Shown here: positions 46,510 to 56,716 of the stretch, in pieces
Layout: every line of letters starts with the position of its first letter
Position numbering within the stretch: position 1 is the first letter of the stretch
Assembly: GCA_041665445.1 (NCBI GenBank)
Contig: JBAYIV010000001.1
Span: 6,334-70,333 of the forward strand
DNA length: 64,000 bases
Source: Minisyncoccota bacterium
GTDB lineage: Bacteria > Patescibacteriota > Minisyncoccia > UBA6257 > JAGOQP01
Direction of reading: 5' to 3'
Program-made: the position numbers and the translations under genes
The notes under the pieces: model-generated
What the model saw: only the letters and a program-made list of their open reading frames with translations
What the model was told of the DNA's origin: nothing
Databases searched by the model: none

Positions 46510-48936
46510 ATGAATTCTACCGACCGCGGAAAAACTATCTTTCTTATAGATGCCCACTCCCTCATCCACCGCTGTTTCCACGCCCTGCCGCCATTCACCA
46601 ACGCCGCCGGAGAGCCGGTAGGAGCGCTTTATGGCATCGCCAGCGTTCTCCTTAAAATCGTTGAGCAAAAAAGACCCGATTACGCCGTAGCACTCTTTGA
46701 TCGACCCGAGCCCACGTTCCGCAAAGAAAAATTTTTGGCCTATAAGGCCCAGCGTCCAAAAGCACCCGACGAGTTGGTGGCACAGCTTATTTCCGCCCAC
46801 GAACTTTTTAAAACATTTTCCATCGCCACCCTAGAAGTCCCGGGATTTGAGGGCGACGACCTTATTGGCACCTGCGCCGCCCAGTTTTCAAAAGAAAAAA
46901 ACCTACAAGTCGTCATCTTAACCGGCGACCTTGATGCGCTTCAATTAGTACGCGATGGCCACGTGATAGTTGAAACATTTAAGAAGGGAATTTCTGATAC
47001 GCTTATGTATGACGAAGCGGCGGTGAAAAACCGCTACGGCATCACCCCAGCCCAGCTCATTGATTATAAAGCATTGGTGGGCGATCAATCCGACAATATC
47101 CCAGGAGTGATGGGCGTAGGGCCCAAAACTGCCGAAACTATTTTGCAGACATATGGATCACTTGAAAATTTTTTTACACACGGACAAACCGACCGCGCCT
47201 ATGAAAAAATAATTTCCCACAAAGACGAAGCCCTCCTCTCGCAGGACCTCGCGACCATCCGCACCAACGCACCCATCAACCCCCTTCTTACCAGCCTTAC
47301 GTGCGCTCCCAATTGGGGAAAAGTCACTGTCTTTTTTGAAAAAAATGGATTTACGTCGCTGATAAAGCGCATCCCGCACGCGCCATCCGCCTCACTGGAA
47401 CCACAGAGGGGCCCGCGATCTACATCGCCGGCCCCCACTCACGCAACCCAGCAGACGCTCCTTTCGCCCCAAAAAAATCCAACACCATCAGCCACCGCAC
47501 ACAAAACCATTCTCTATAATGCAAAAGAGGTGCTAAAAAGATCTGCCGCCACCCAACCCGTTTTTGACCTCATGATCGCCGCGCAACTGCTGGGCATCGA
47601 AACATCATCATGGGAAGATTTATCGCGTACGCTTTTCAAAAAAGAATTGCCCTACAATGAACTTGCGCCGCGCGCGCAAAAAGTTCTCACCGAAAAGCTG
47701 GCGCACGCAGGCCTCAATGATGTGTTTGAAAAAATCGAAACGCCGCTCATCCCCATTGTTGCAGCCATGGAAACGGCCGGCGTTCTCGTCGACCCTTCAG
47801 CACTCTCCGCCGTCACCACCGACATCACCGACGCAATTTCCGCACAAGAAAAAAAAGTAAAAAGCCTCATGAGCGCCGGCAGCGCCATCAACCTCAATTC
47901 CCCCAAACAGCTCTTGGGTTATTTTCAAAACACCATGGGGTTGAAAATAAAATCAACCTCGGCAGACGCCTTGGAAAAAATCGCGCTGAAAAATCCCTCG
48001 CCGCTTTTTAACGAACTTCTCGCCTACCGCGAACTGTTTAAACTAAAAACAACGTATTGCGACGCGTTAACGCGCCTGGTCGCGCCCGACGGACGCATCC
48101 ACCCCACCTTTCTCCAGTTGGGCGCGGCCACCGGTAGAATGTCGTGCCAAAACCCCAACCTGCAAAACATTCCCCAGGAATCAACGTGGTCGGCGCGCAT
48201 CAGAAATGTTTTCGTCGCGCCTACCGATGCAACGCTGGTGGCGTTTGATTATTCGCAGATTGAATTGCGCGTCCTGGCGCATCTATCGCGCGATCCGCAC
48301 ATGACCGAAGCGTTTATCGCCGGCAAAGACATCCACACCATCACCGCCTCGCGAGTTTTTGGCGTCCCCGCAAACGACGTCACCAAAGAAATGCGCCGCC
48401 TGGCAAAAACACTCAACTTCGGCATGATCTACGGCATGGGATCGCGCGCCTTTGCCCAAACCGCCGGCATCTCCGCTGTGCAGGCAAAAGAATTCATTTC
48501 AAAATATTTTTCAGAATTTTCACACGTTAAAGAATGGCAGCGACGCATTCTTGAAGAGGCGCGCGCAACCGGCGTAGCACGCACCGCCACCGGCCGCATG
48601 CGCCCGCTCCCCGCACTCCACTCCTACAATCAATGGATGGCGTCCGAGGCCGAACGCATGGCAATTAATATGCCCACCCAAGGCCTTGCCGCCGACATCC
48701 TTAAACTCGCGACGATTAAAACCAACGCGTACATAGAAAAAAACCATCTCCATGACGACATTCGCCTTATTCTTTCCATCCACGACGAATTGATTTTTGA
48801 GATGCGCCAGGCAACACTTGAAAAAAACACCAAGCTGCCCGCGGCGCTGGCGAGCGAAATGGAAACCGCTTATACACTTTCGGTCCCCCTGAAAGTTGAA
48901 TATAAAACGGGTGTTTGTTGGGGAGAGATGAAATAA
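46510..48936 (+). CDS. polA: DNA polymerase I
   Basis: 5'-3' exonuclease (LIDAHSLIHR, EGDDLIG, GDQSDNIPGV) and polymerase motifs DYSQIELR, KTLNFGMIYG, IHDEL. Start reassigned to 46510. Confidence 0.97.
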   Translation: MNSTDRGKTIFLIDAHSLIHRCFHALPPFTNAAGEPVGALYGIASVLLKIVEQKRPDYAVALFDRPEPTFRKEKFLAYKAQRPKAPDELVAQLISAHELFKTFSIATLEVPGFEGDDLIGTCAAQFSKEKNLQVVILTGDLDALQLVRDGHVIVETFKKGISDTLMYDEAAVKNRYGITPAQLIDYKALVGDQSDNIPGVMGVGPKTAETILQTYGSLENFFTHGQTDRAYEKIISHKDEALLSQDLATIRTNAPINPLLTSLTCAPNWGKVTVFFEKNGFTSLIKRIPHAPSASLEPQRGPRSTSPAPTHATQQTLLSPQKNPTPSATAHKTILYNAKEVLKRSAATQPVFDLMIAAQLLGIETSSWEDLSRTLFKKELPYNELAPRAQKVLTEKLAHAGLNDVFEKIETPLIPIVAAMETAGVLVDPSALSAVTTDITDAISAQEKKVKSLMSAGSAINLNSPKQLLGYFQNTMGLKIKSTSADALEKIALKNPSPLFNELLAYRELFKLKTTYCDALTRLVAPDGRIHPTFLQLGAATGRMSCQNPNLQNIPQESTWSARIRNVFVAPTDATLVAFDYSQIELRVLAHLSRDPHMTEAFIAGKDIHTITASRVFGVPANDVTKEMRRLAKTLNFGMIYGMGSRAFAQTAGISAVQAKEFISKYFSEFSHVKEWQRRILEEARATGVARTATGRMRPLPALHSYNQWMASEAERMAINMPTQGLAADILKLATIKTNAYIEKNHLHDDIRLILSIHDELIFEMRQATLEKNTKLPAALASEMETAYTLSVPLKVEYKTGVCWGEMK

Positions 48937-48978
48937 AAATCCGCCCCCTTTTTTTCTTGAGGGGGCGGATTTTTATTT
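48931..48978. terminator. Bidirectional terminator between polA and jag
   Basis: AAATAAAAATCCGCCCCCT...AGGGGGCGGATTTTTATTT. Confidence 0.85.
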
Positions 48979-48996
48979 TGGACGCAGACCGCTTTG

Positions 48997-49428
48997 CTAT
49001 TCTATTGGTTTTATCACCACGCGCCGATCCTTTCCCTCTCCCTCACTTTCAGTTTTGATGTCTGGATGAATCGCTAACTCGGCATGCACCAAGCGTCGCT
49101 CGTAGGCGTTCATGGGGGGCAGGGGAATTGTTTTTTTCTCTCCCGCTGATTTTTTTGCCGCCGCCCTGGCGAGCTTCACAATAAGATCTTCTCGATTTTT
49201 TCGATAATTATTAATATCGACAAACACGAATGGTTGCCCGCGTTTTTTTGCGATCATTTTCAAAAGAAACTCAAGATCAACAACCAAAGAAGGGATGTGC
49301 CGATCCAAATAAGGGCCCTCGTTTAAAAACACCGACAAGCGGCGCGATTCTTCGGTGATTGCAATGGAGAAGTCAGAGAACCCCATAAACCGAAGCATTT
49401 GCTCAAAAATATCTTTAATCTCATTCAT
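48997..49428 (-). CDS. Jag/KhpB-like KH-R3H RNA-binding protein, short form
   Basis: VDINNYR, LPPMNAYERRLVH and SEGEGKDRRVVI motifs; downstream of yidC. Confidence 0.88.
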   Translation of the reverse strand: MNEIKDIFEQMLRFMGFSDFSIAITEESRRLSVFLNEGPYLDRHIPSLVVDLEFLLKMIAKKRGQPFVFVDINNYRKNREDLIVKLARAAAKKSAGEKKTIPLPPMNAYERRLVHAELAIHPDIKTESEGEGKDRRVVIKPIE

Positions 49429-50144
49429 ATGTTCTGCGACGTTTGTATCTTTCTATTGATAATAATTTGCTGGACAGTCGAGAACGCTGAGGTGGTCAAC
49501 CAATAAAGCGCCACCGCCGACGGCAACGACCACAAAATAACCACCGAAAGCAATGGTCCCATGTACATCATTTGGCGCCCCATGCGCTCGGCCATAGACA
49601 GCTCACTCCCCCTTTTCCCGCTTCGTCCAGCCGCCTTAAGCAGGAAATATGACTGCAGATATTGAAACACCGCGGCCAGAACCACCAACACCACGCTACG
49701 CGAACTTAAATCAAAGAGCCCGATAAAATGATAATTAATACTCGCCGGAAGATGGACGAATGAATACAACAACGACACGTCAACATTTTTTAACCCGCGC
49801 AAAAAAACACCATACAGCGCGATGAGAATTGGCAGCTGGATGATAATAAAAAGAAAGCCGGAAAAGGGGTTGACGCGGTGCTCTTTATACACCGCCATAA
49901 TTTCTTTTACTTGTCGCTCTTTGTCTTCCTTGTGTATTTTTTGAAGTTCCTGAATGCGTGGCGCTATTTTTTGAAGAATAGTTTGATCTTTGGCGCTTTT
50001 ATAGAAAAGCGGCAAGAGTACAAAACGGACAATGAGGGTAAGCAAAACAATGGCCACCCCCAAGTCAGCATAAATATTATTATATAAAAAAAATAGGAGG
50101 TTTAATAACGGGCGGTAAAGAAATTGGGTGTAGATATATATCAT
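49425..50144 (-). CDS. yidC: Membrane protein insertase YidC
   Basis: GVAIVLLTLIVR, NPFSG...QLPI and ALYW...QQ motifs. Confidence 0.95.
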   Translation of the reverse strand: MIYIYTQFLYRPLLNLLFFLYNNIYADLGVAIVLLTLIVRFVLLPLFYKSAKDQTILQKIAPRIQELQKIHKEDKERQVKEIMAVYKEHRVNPFSGFLFIIIQLPILIALYGVFLRGLKNVDVSLLYSFVHLPASINYHFIGLFDLSSRSVVLVVLAAVFQYLQSYFLLKAAGRSGKRGSELSMAERMGRQMMYMGPLLSVVILWSLPSAVALYWLTTSAFSTVQQIIINRKIQTSQNI

Positions 50145-50147
50145 GGT

Positions 50148-50483
50148 CTAGTTGGTGATATCAGTGCCCCACTGATCCAGCGCGGCGGCTCTCCCTGGAC
50201 GCGCGCAATCCGCAAATTTTTTTTTAACAACAACCACCACGTCATTGCCGGAACGCGACCACCCATGGCAACAACGCACATATTCATACACCGCTCTCCT
50301 TATGTGTGTGCGCACCACGGCCCGCGCGGCAACTTTTTTAGAGACCACCGCCGCAAACCGACCGTACGAACGCGACGACGGATACCGTCGAACAACAAAA
50401 AAATCATTTTCCCTCTTGGGTAACGGTGAGAGGGGGATTTTTTTAAAAAACGCCGCGGATAGACGATAACGTTTTGCGAGCAT
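50148..50483 (-). CDS. rnpA: Ribonuclease P protein component
   Basis: RFAAVVSKKVAARAVVRTHIRR; between rpmH and yidC. Confidence 0.85.
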   Translation of the reverse strand: MLAKRYRLSAAFFKKIPLSPLPKRENDFFVVRRYPSSRSYGRFAAVVSKKVAARAVVRTHIRRAVYEYVRCCHGWSRSGNDVVVVVKKKFADCARPGRAAALDQWGTDITN

Positions 50484-50534
50484 GCGCGGGTTGGAAACAA
50501 GCTCCACCCGCATACGCATAGCGGAGCTTGTTGT

Positions 50535-50669
50535 TTACGCCGTAAGGCGCTTGCGCCCTTTAGCGCGACGGCGCGAGAGTACGCGACGCCCGGTTGGTGT
50601 GGCGGATCGCTTCAAAAAACCATGTGTTTTTTTACGCTTCCGCTTTTTAGGCTGGAATGTTAACGACAT
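50535..50669 (-). CDS. rpmH: 50S ribosomal protein L34
   Basis: [21 protein letters not shown]...RRAKGRKRL. Confidence 0.97.
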   Translation of the reverse strand: MSLTFQPKKRKRKKTHGFLKRSATPTGRRVLSRRRAKGRKRLTA

Positions 50670-50726
50670 GGGGTCACCATAACAAAACCACCGCCAAAAA
50701 GCAACCGGTGCACACACCTAAGTGCC

Positions 50727-50735
50727 TGTGGATAA
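50727..50735 (-). promoter_or_regulatory. DnaA box upstream of dnaA
   Basis: TGTGGATAA, a consensus box; weaker boxes near 50813-50832. Confidence 0.75.
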
Positions 50736-50918
50736 CCAAATCAAGTCATTACAATAATTAACTTTTAAAACCACCCCAATGAAAAGACGCCTTAAAATAA
50801 GCCGCTTAGGAGAAATACACAGGTTGTGCACAGATTGCTTTGTTGGTGGACTTTCTTTTGTTTTTTCTTTCATCTAGAATGCTGGCAACGCGCCACAAGC
50901 ATCACCCTTTCAAAATAC

Positions 50919-52289
50919 ATGGACTTAAAAAATGCGTGGGAAAAGACGCTTTCGGAGATAGAACTCCAAATATCAAAACCAAACTTTTTGACATGGTTTA
51001 AAAACAGCCGCCTTATTAAAAAAGACGACACTACCGGTACGGTGGTGGTGGGGGTGGCAAATAATTTTGCGAAAGAGTGGATTCGAAATAAATATCACAA
51101 AACCATTCTTGAGCTTTTACAAAAATCAGACCAGGGCATCTGCCGCATCGAATACATCGTGCTCGCCGGCGACGCGGAGGAAAAGTTATTTACCGCAATT
51201 AAAAAAGATCCCGATCGAATTGCTCAACAGGAGGGCATTTTTGAGTTGTCAGTTGATCCAGAAAGCAACCTGCATCCGCGCTACAATTTTAAAAGTTTTG
51301 TTGTCGGCTCATCAAACGAGCTGGCATACGCGGCATCAATGGCGGTTGCGCGAGACGTGGGGAAAAAATATAATCCCCTCTTTATTTATGGGGGGACGGG
51401 GCTGGGGAAAACCCACCTCATACAAGCCATTGGCAATGAAATTATTAAAACCTATCGTAATCGCGTGAAAGTAAAATATGTCCCCTCTGAGCGTTTTGTA
51501 AATGATGTCATTTGGGCCATCCGCTCAAAGCGAACCGAGGACATCAAAAATAAATACCGCACCATTGACGTTCTTATTATCGACGATATTCAGTTTATCG
51601 GCGGAAAGCCCGCGAGCGAAGAAGAGTTTTTTCACACATTCAACATCCTGCATCAAAACAATAAACAAATTATCATTTCTTCCGATCGTCCCCCCGCCGC
51701 GATCCCCACACTCGAAGAGCGTCTTCGGTCACGCTTTGAGGGCGGGATGATTGTCGATGTTTCCTTCCCTGATTATGAGATGAAAATGGCAATTATTAAA
51801 AACAAGGTTCAAGACAAGGGATTTGAGCTCTCGGATAGCGTGTGCCATGTTATTGCCTCAAAAATACAAAGAAACATCAGGGAAATAGAGGGGATTATTA
51901 ATAAATTGTATTTCTATAAAGAAATTAAAAACACTCCCATTGACGTGAAAGTTGCCGAGGACATCATCAACGCAACCATTCAACAAAGCGCGGCCAACAT
52001 TAACCCAAACCAAATTCTTAAGTCGGTGGCTTCGTTTTTTGAAGTCTCTCAAAATGATCTTATTACCTCGTCGCGACGCAAAGAAATCGTTCTTCCGCGA
52101 CAAGTGGTTATGTTTTTGATGCGGGATATGTTGGGGATGTCTTATCCGGACATTGGGGATAAGCTGGGGAAGCGCGATCACACCACCGCGATACACTCTT
52201 TTGAAAAAATAGCGCGTGAAATAACCACCGATCGAATGTTAAATCAAAAAATTATCCTTATTAAAGAATTAATCAATAAAAATCCTTAA
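50919..52289 (+). CDS. dnaA: Chromosomal replication initiator DnaA
   Basis: YNPLFIYGGTGLGKTHL, IIDDIQF, EEFFHTFN and RDHTT motifs. Start MDLKN. Confidence 0.98.
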   Translation: MDLKNAWEKTLSEIELQISKPNFLTWFKNSRLIKKDDTTGTVVVGVANNFAKEWIRNKYHKTILELLQKSDQGICRIEYIVLAGDAEEKLFTAIKKDPDRIAQQEGIFELSVDPESNLHPRYNFKSFVVGSSNELAYAASMAVARDVGKKYNPLFIYGGTGLGKTHLIQAIGNEIIKTYRNRVKVKYVPSERFVNDVIWAIRSKRTEDIKNKYRTIDVLIIDDIQFIGGKPASEEEFFHTFNILHQNNKQIIISSDRPPAAIPTLEERLRSRFEGGMIVDVSFPDYEMKMAIIKNKVQDKGFELSDSVCHVIASKIQRNIREIEGIINKLYFYKEIKNTPIDVKVAEDIINATIQQSAANINPNQILKSVASFFEVSQNDLITSSRRKEIVLPRQVVMFLMRDMLGMSYPDIGDKLGKRDHTTAIHSFEKIAREITTDRMLNQKIILIKELINKNP

Positions 52290-52432
52290 CACAGGATTTC
52301 CTTCTTTTTCCACAAAGTTATACACATGCACTTTATTAAAAAAACCCTTATTTTCCTTTAAGATCTCACCACTATCCACTATCCACAGGCACTACTACTC
52401 CTACTACTATTTATATTTATATATAAGAACAC
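52290..52432. other. oriC unwinding region (DnaA boxes, DnaA-trios, AT-rich tract)
   Basis: TTTTCCACA 52306, TTATACACA 52318, CTATCCACA 52379, then GGC, ACTACTACTCCTACTACTA and TTTATATTTATATATAA. Confidence 0.9.
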
Positions 52433-53554
52433 ATGAACATCGTCATACTAAAAAACAACATTAAAGAGGGACTTGCTATTATTGCCGGGGCGCACAAAGA
52501 AGGCTCTCACTTGCCGGTGCTGAAAAATTTTCTTTTCGTTGCCCATAATGACGTGGTGCAGCTCACTTCGACTGATTTGGAACTTGCGATGCAGTATACT
52601 GTTTCGGCAAAAATTATTAATGACGGCAGTATTGCTATTCCTTTTTCCATATTCTCTCAAATTATCAGCAATCTTTCTTCTGAGCGAATAAGTTTTGAAC
52701 ACAAAGGATCATCGCTTCTCGTGGTGAGTGATAATTATAAAGCAAAAATAACAACCGCTAACACCGATGAATATCCGATCATTCCAGTAATTGAAGATGG
52801 AAAAGCTCAACAATTCACTTTCGACCCAGATGCATTTATTGATGGATTGGCGGCGGTTTCATCGGCGTGTCAAATATCGGACATCCGGCCGGAATTAAGC
52901 GGAGCGTATGTCTCGTACAAGGGCGGTGTGTTGAAGTTTGTTGCGACTGACAGTTTTCGGCTCGCTGAAAAAATAGTTTCAGAAAAAAAATACGAAACAA
53001 CGCTTACTACAGATATCGCGTGTATTATTCCGCTCAAAACAATCCAAGAAGTTGTGCGTGTTTTTTCTCTTAAAAAAGACGGAAAAATTACCATGCGGTT
53101 TGACGATCATCAAATAGAATTTAAAACCGAACACATTTCAATTATTTCAAGACTTATTGAGGGAAAGTTTCCTGACTACAGCGTTATTATTCCGGGTCAA
53201 TTTTCAACCGAGGTGGTTTTAAAAACGAGCGATGTTATCGCGGCGGTGAAAGTAACGAGCTCGCTTTCGAATCGATTGCATGAGGTGAAGTTTGTTATTG
53301 ATGATACGTTGAAAAATATTCAAATCATTTCAATGAGTCAGGAGTTTGGTGAGAGCGAATATATTCTTCCGGCAAAAATAAAAGGGCAAACAAACAAAAT
53401 AACTTTTAACTGGCGCTTTGTTCTTGATGGGCTTAAAAATATTAAAACAGAAAATGTTCTTATGGGATTTAACGGCGAGGACAAACCAACGGTTTTTAAA
53501 TCCCCCGACGATACACTGTTTCTTTATATTGTTATGCCAATTAAATCAGCGTAG
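52433..53554 (+). CDS. dnaN: DNA polymerase III beta clamp
   Basis: STDLE, RPELSG, ATDSFRL, RLIEGKFPDY and YIVMPI motifs. Confidence 0.97.
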   Translation: MNIVILKNNIKEGLAIIAGAHKEGSHLPVLKNFLFVAHNDVVQLTSTDLELAMQYTVSAKIINDGSIAIPFSIFSQIISNLSSERISFEHKGSSLLVVSDNYKAKITTANTDEYPIIPVIEDGKAQQFTFDPDAFIDGLAAVSSACQISDIRPELSGAYVSYKGGVLKFVATDSFRLAEKIVSEKKYETTLTTDIACIIPLKTIQEVVRVFSLKKDGKITMRFDDHQIEFKTEHISIISRLIEGKFPDYSVIIPGQFSTEVVLKTSDVIAAVKVTSSLSNRLHEVKFVIDDTLKNIQIISMSQEFGESEYILPAKIKGQTNKITFNWRFVLDGLKNIKTENVLMGFNGEDKPTVFKSPDDTLFLYIVMPIKSA

Positions 53555-53556
53555 AC

Positions 53557-53590
53557 AAAAAACACCCTTAAAAATTTAAGGGTGTTTTTT
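53557..53590. terminator. Bidirectional terminator between dnaN and the PBP gene
   Basis: AAAAAACACCCTTA-AAAATT-TAAGGGTGTTTTTT. Confidence 0.85.
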
Positions 53591-53616
53591 GTCACGGCAC
53601 ATTGCCGTTTTAGTGG

Positions 53617-55767
53617 TTAGTGATTATAGAGTGTTAAAAAATTTGGAATATTTTTTTCTGCCCACGAAACGACGCCAGTTTCCCATCCCTGAAACTGTGG
53701 GTCGTTGTTTGGGTTGTAGTTTGGGCCAGGGTCTTGTGTTGGGTTGTTTTTATCTTCGTAATACAAAATAGAATGAATCTGCGGGACGTTGGCCGTGCTT
53801 GTGGTGATATATTGTCCGTTAAGCATTGGTCGCGACGAGGTGAATGGGTCTGGTTGAACAAAAGACGGCGATTGAATGAGGGGAAGTGTTTTGTTCATGA
53901 ACGCGCTCCAAATAGGAACGGCAGCAAGGATACTCCCCCCGCTGCGTTGCATGGGCGTGTTGTTGTTGTTTCCTGCCCACACACCAACAGTTAGTGATGG
54001 GGTGTAGCCAACCGTCCATGCGTCACGATAGTCGTTGGTTGTTCCTGTTTTCATTGCCACGTCATACCCACTAAAGACGGTCTGTGACAAGCTCGCGCCA
54101 AAAAGAGGTGCGCGCAATGATGCGTCCGATAATATTTTATTTATAAGGCGTGGATATTCAGGCTCAAGAACTTGAGTGGCGACATCAATATGTTGTTCGA
54201 GGGTGTTATTGCGGCTGTCGTGCACGCTTTGAATAAAATATTGATCGTGCTTGGTTCCGTCGTTGGCAAAAACAGAGTAGGCCCCAACAAGATCAGTGAG
54301 ATGAACGCCGGCTCCACCGAGGACCAACGAGAGTCCGTATTGGCTTTTATCGGGATCACCCAACGTACCAATCCCCATTGATGCGGCGGTGCGAATGCTG
54401 TCGGGGATTCCCGCTAGATACAAAACCTTAACCGCGGGAACATTAATTGATTGTGCGAGAGCGTCTTTGAGCGACACGGGGCCTCGAAACGTGTGGTCAA
54501 AGTTTTGTGGGTGGAAGCAGGGATAACCACTGGCGTTTATAGACGAAAAGTCGGGGACGAGAGGGCATTGTGTTCGATCGGTCCCAAACTCAGTCGGTGT
54601 ATCAAAGACGATGGTGTCGGGTGTATACCCCTTTTCGAATGCCGTAACATATACAAATGGTTTGAAGGTTGATCCTGGTTGGCGAAGCCCATCGGCGGCA
54701 ACGTTGTAGTTGCCGTCAATACTGGTGCTGAAATAATCAGCCGATCCCACAAGGGCTTTAATGGCGCCCGTGGTTGGGTCTTGTGCCACCAGCGCCGCAT
54801 TTGACCCCTTATAAAGATCTTTGTTGCGTGCAGCGCCATCAGCGACGGCTTGCTCGGCATTCTTTTGCATCGCAACGTCAAGCGTGGTGACCACAGTCAA
54901 TCCGCCGTTTTCAACAACGGCTTCGCCGTAAGTGTTCTCTAAATAGTTCTTGACCATCATCACAAAATGTGGTGCTTGAATAGATCCAATGTTTTGAGAA
55001 AGAAAAGTGAGTTTTTCGTCGCGGGCCTGCGCATACTGTTGTTCGGTGATTGATCCTATTGATCGCATCTGGTTAAGGACATACGCGGTGCGCTCCTTGA
55101 GTTTGTCGACGTGCTGCCCCCACGGCGAATAGTATGATGGCGCCTGGACAACCGCGGCAAGGGTTGCGGCTTGTGCGATTGAAAGCGCGCTTGCGTCGAC
55201 GCCGAAAAAGCGTTGGCTGGCCGCCTGTATTCCTGATGCGTTGTACCCAAAAGGAATCTGATTCAGGTACATAGTAAGGATGTCGTCCTTTGAATAATGT
55301 TGTTCTATCCAATAGGCAAGGATTAATTCTTTCACCTTGCGCTCGATTGTTTTTTGAGAAGTGAGGAAAACATTTTTAACCAACTGCTGGGTGATGGTTG
55401 ACCCTCCTTGTACAAATTCTCGGTGCCACAAATCAACTAACGCAGCGCGAAAAGTTCCTTTGATATCAAGCACAGGGTGTTGATAAAAGTTTTGATCTTC
55501 GGCGGCGATGATGGCTTCTTTAATGTAGGGAGAAATAAGATCGCCAGAAACAACCGTTCTGTTGTCTCCGCCGATTTGATATAACAAAACTTTGCCGGTT
55601 GTGTCGTAAATTTTTGTAGATTGCGCTTGTGCAAAATCGGTTATCTTTTCCGGATGGGGAAGGTCTTTGAGAATGCGAAGAAGCTCCAAGGAGCCGGCAA
55701 TTAAGATGAGCAGTACAATAATTGCTATGCCTAAAAATATCTTTTTTTTCCGCGATTTATTTTTCAT
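53617..55767 (-). CDS. Class A penicillin-binding protein (PBP1A family)
   Basis: AEDQNFY, GGSTITQQLVKN, RKVKE; transpeptidase STFK, SIN and KTG. Confidence 0.96.
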   Translation of the reverse strand: MKNKSRKKKIFLGIAIIVLLILIAGSLELLRILKDLPHPEKITDFAQAQSTKIYDTTGKVLLYQIGGDNRTVVSGDLISPYIKEAIIAAEDQNFYQHPVLDIKGTFRAALVDLWHREFVQGGSTITQQLVKNVFLTSQKTIERKVKELILAYWIEQHYSKDDILTMYLNQIPFGYNASGIQAASQRFFGVDASALSIAQAATLAAVVQAPSYYSPWGQHVDKLKERTAYVLNQMRSIGSITEQQYAQARDEKLTFLSQNIGSIQAPHFVMMVKNYLENTYGEAVVENGGLTVVTTLDVAMQKNAEQAVADGAARNKDLYKGSNAALVAQDPTTGAIKALVGSADYFSTSIDGNYNVAADGLRQPGSTFKPFVYVTAFEKGYTPDTIVFDTPTEFGTDRTQCPLVPDFSSINASGYPCFHPQNFDHTFRGPVSLKDALAQSINVPAVKVLYLAGIPDSIRTAASMGIGTLGDPDKSQYGLSLVLGGAGVHLTDLVGAYSVFANDGTKHDQYFIQSVHDSRNNTLEQHIDVATQVLEPEYPRLINKILSDASLRAPLFGASLSQTVFSGYDVAMKTGTTNDYRDAWTVGYTPSLTVGVWAGNNNNTPMQRSGGSILAAVPIWSAFMNKTLPLIQSPSFVQPDPFTSSRPMLNGQYITTSTANVPQIHSILYYEDKNNPTQDPGPNYNPNNDPQFQGWETGVVSWAEKNIPNFLTLYNH

Positions 55768-55848
55768 ACAAATTTAGTCCAGCATATCACATCGTCCATT
55801 GATTAAAAAACACCCCCCAAAAACTGGGAGGTGTTCTGTGGGTGTGTT

Positions 55849-56085
55849 TTAGGCGCCCTCTTCGTTGTCGCCGTATGCATCAGCGTCATCGTATGCATCA
55901 GCGTCATCTTCGTCGAGCTCATCCTCCTCCTCTTCTCCGCCCTCTATAAAATCCTCCTCGTTAAAATCGTCGCTCTCTTTTTCCTCCTCTTCGCCTGCGT
56001 CATCGTTGGTTGAGTTGGTCGCGCTCATTGCGCCAACTTCTTCGGATAAATCGTCTTGATTCTTTTTTTGTTTTGTGGCGAGCAT
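55849..56085 (-). CDS. Small, highly acidic protein (78 aa)
   Basis: MLATKQKK followed by a D/E-dominated tract; own promoter TTGACA-16-TATAGT (56177-56204) and a downstream hairpin at about 55805-55835. Confidence 0.65.
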   Translation of the reverse strand: MLATKQKKNQDDLSEEVGAMSATNSTNDDAGEEEEKESDDFNEEDFIEGGEEEEDELDEDDADAYDDADAYGDNEEGA

Positions 56086-56200
56086 AAGGATTTGATTAAA
56101 TAAAACCTGCGTTGTTTTTGTGGTGTGTGTCATACAAACGTGGCTCACAAACGCGTTATTGTTTTTTAATGTCTCCACTATACTCAAAAGACTTTGTTTG

Positions 56201-56716
56201 TCAACGCGTCGCAAGTTGTGGCGGGCGTTGATGGGTGTAGCCAGCCGACAGTGCGATTGCGAGGGCGTCGTATGCATCGTCTGGCTGGTGAATGTCGTCG
56301 ATGCCAAGGGTTATGCGCACCATTTTTTCGATGGCTTTTTTGTCAGCCCCCCCATCTCCCGCGATCATCTGCTTTATCTCCTTTGGGGTGAATTCGTATA
56401 TGGGCAAGTGTTGTTGTGCACACGAAAGAAGAAGGACGCCCCGTGACTGAGCAACCTCGAGTCCCGTTTTCATATTGTTCACAAAAAAAAGCTTTTCAAT
56501 CCCTATAATGGCCGGCGTTGTTTGTTTGAGTAGTTTTTTAAACGAGACATCTAAATCAGCCAGAAGCATATTTTTGTCCCGTTGTTTTGTTGCGATGATG
56601 CCGGCGGTTATATAGTGGGGCGTTCTGCCGCTAAACACAACAACACCGTATCCAGCCCGAGTACTTCCCGGATCTATACCAAGCACGATTATGTCTTTTG
56701 ATGGAACGCTAGTCAT
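56201..56716 (-). CDS. ruvC: Holliday junction resolvase RuvC
   Basis: LGIDPG, IEKLFF, VAQSRG and PDDAYDALAIA motifs. Confidence 0.96.
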   Translation of the reverse strand: MTSVPSKDIIVLGIDPGSTRAGYGVVVFSGRTPHYITAGIIATKQRDKNMLLADLDVSFKKLLKQTTPAIIGIEKLFFVNNMKTGLEVAQSRGVLLLSCAQQHLPIYEFTPKEIKQMIAGDGGADKKAIEKMVRITLGIDDIHQPDDAYDALAIALSAGYTHQRPPQLATR

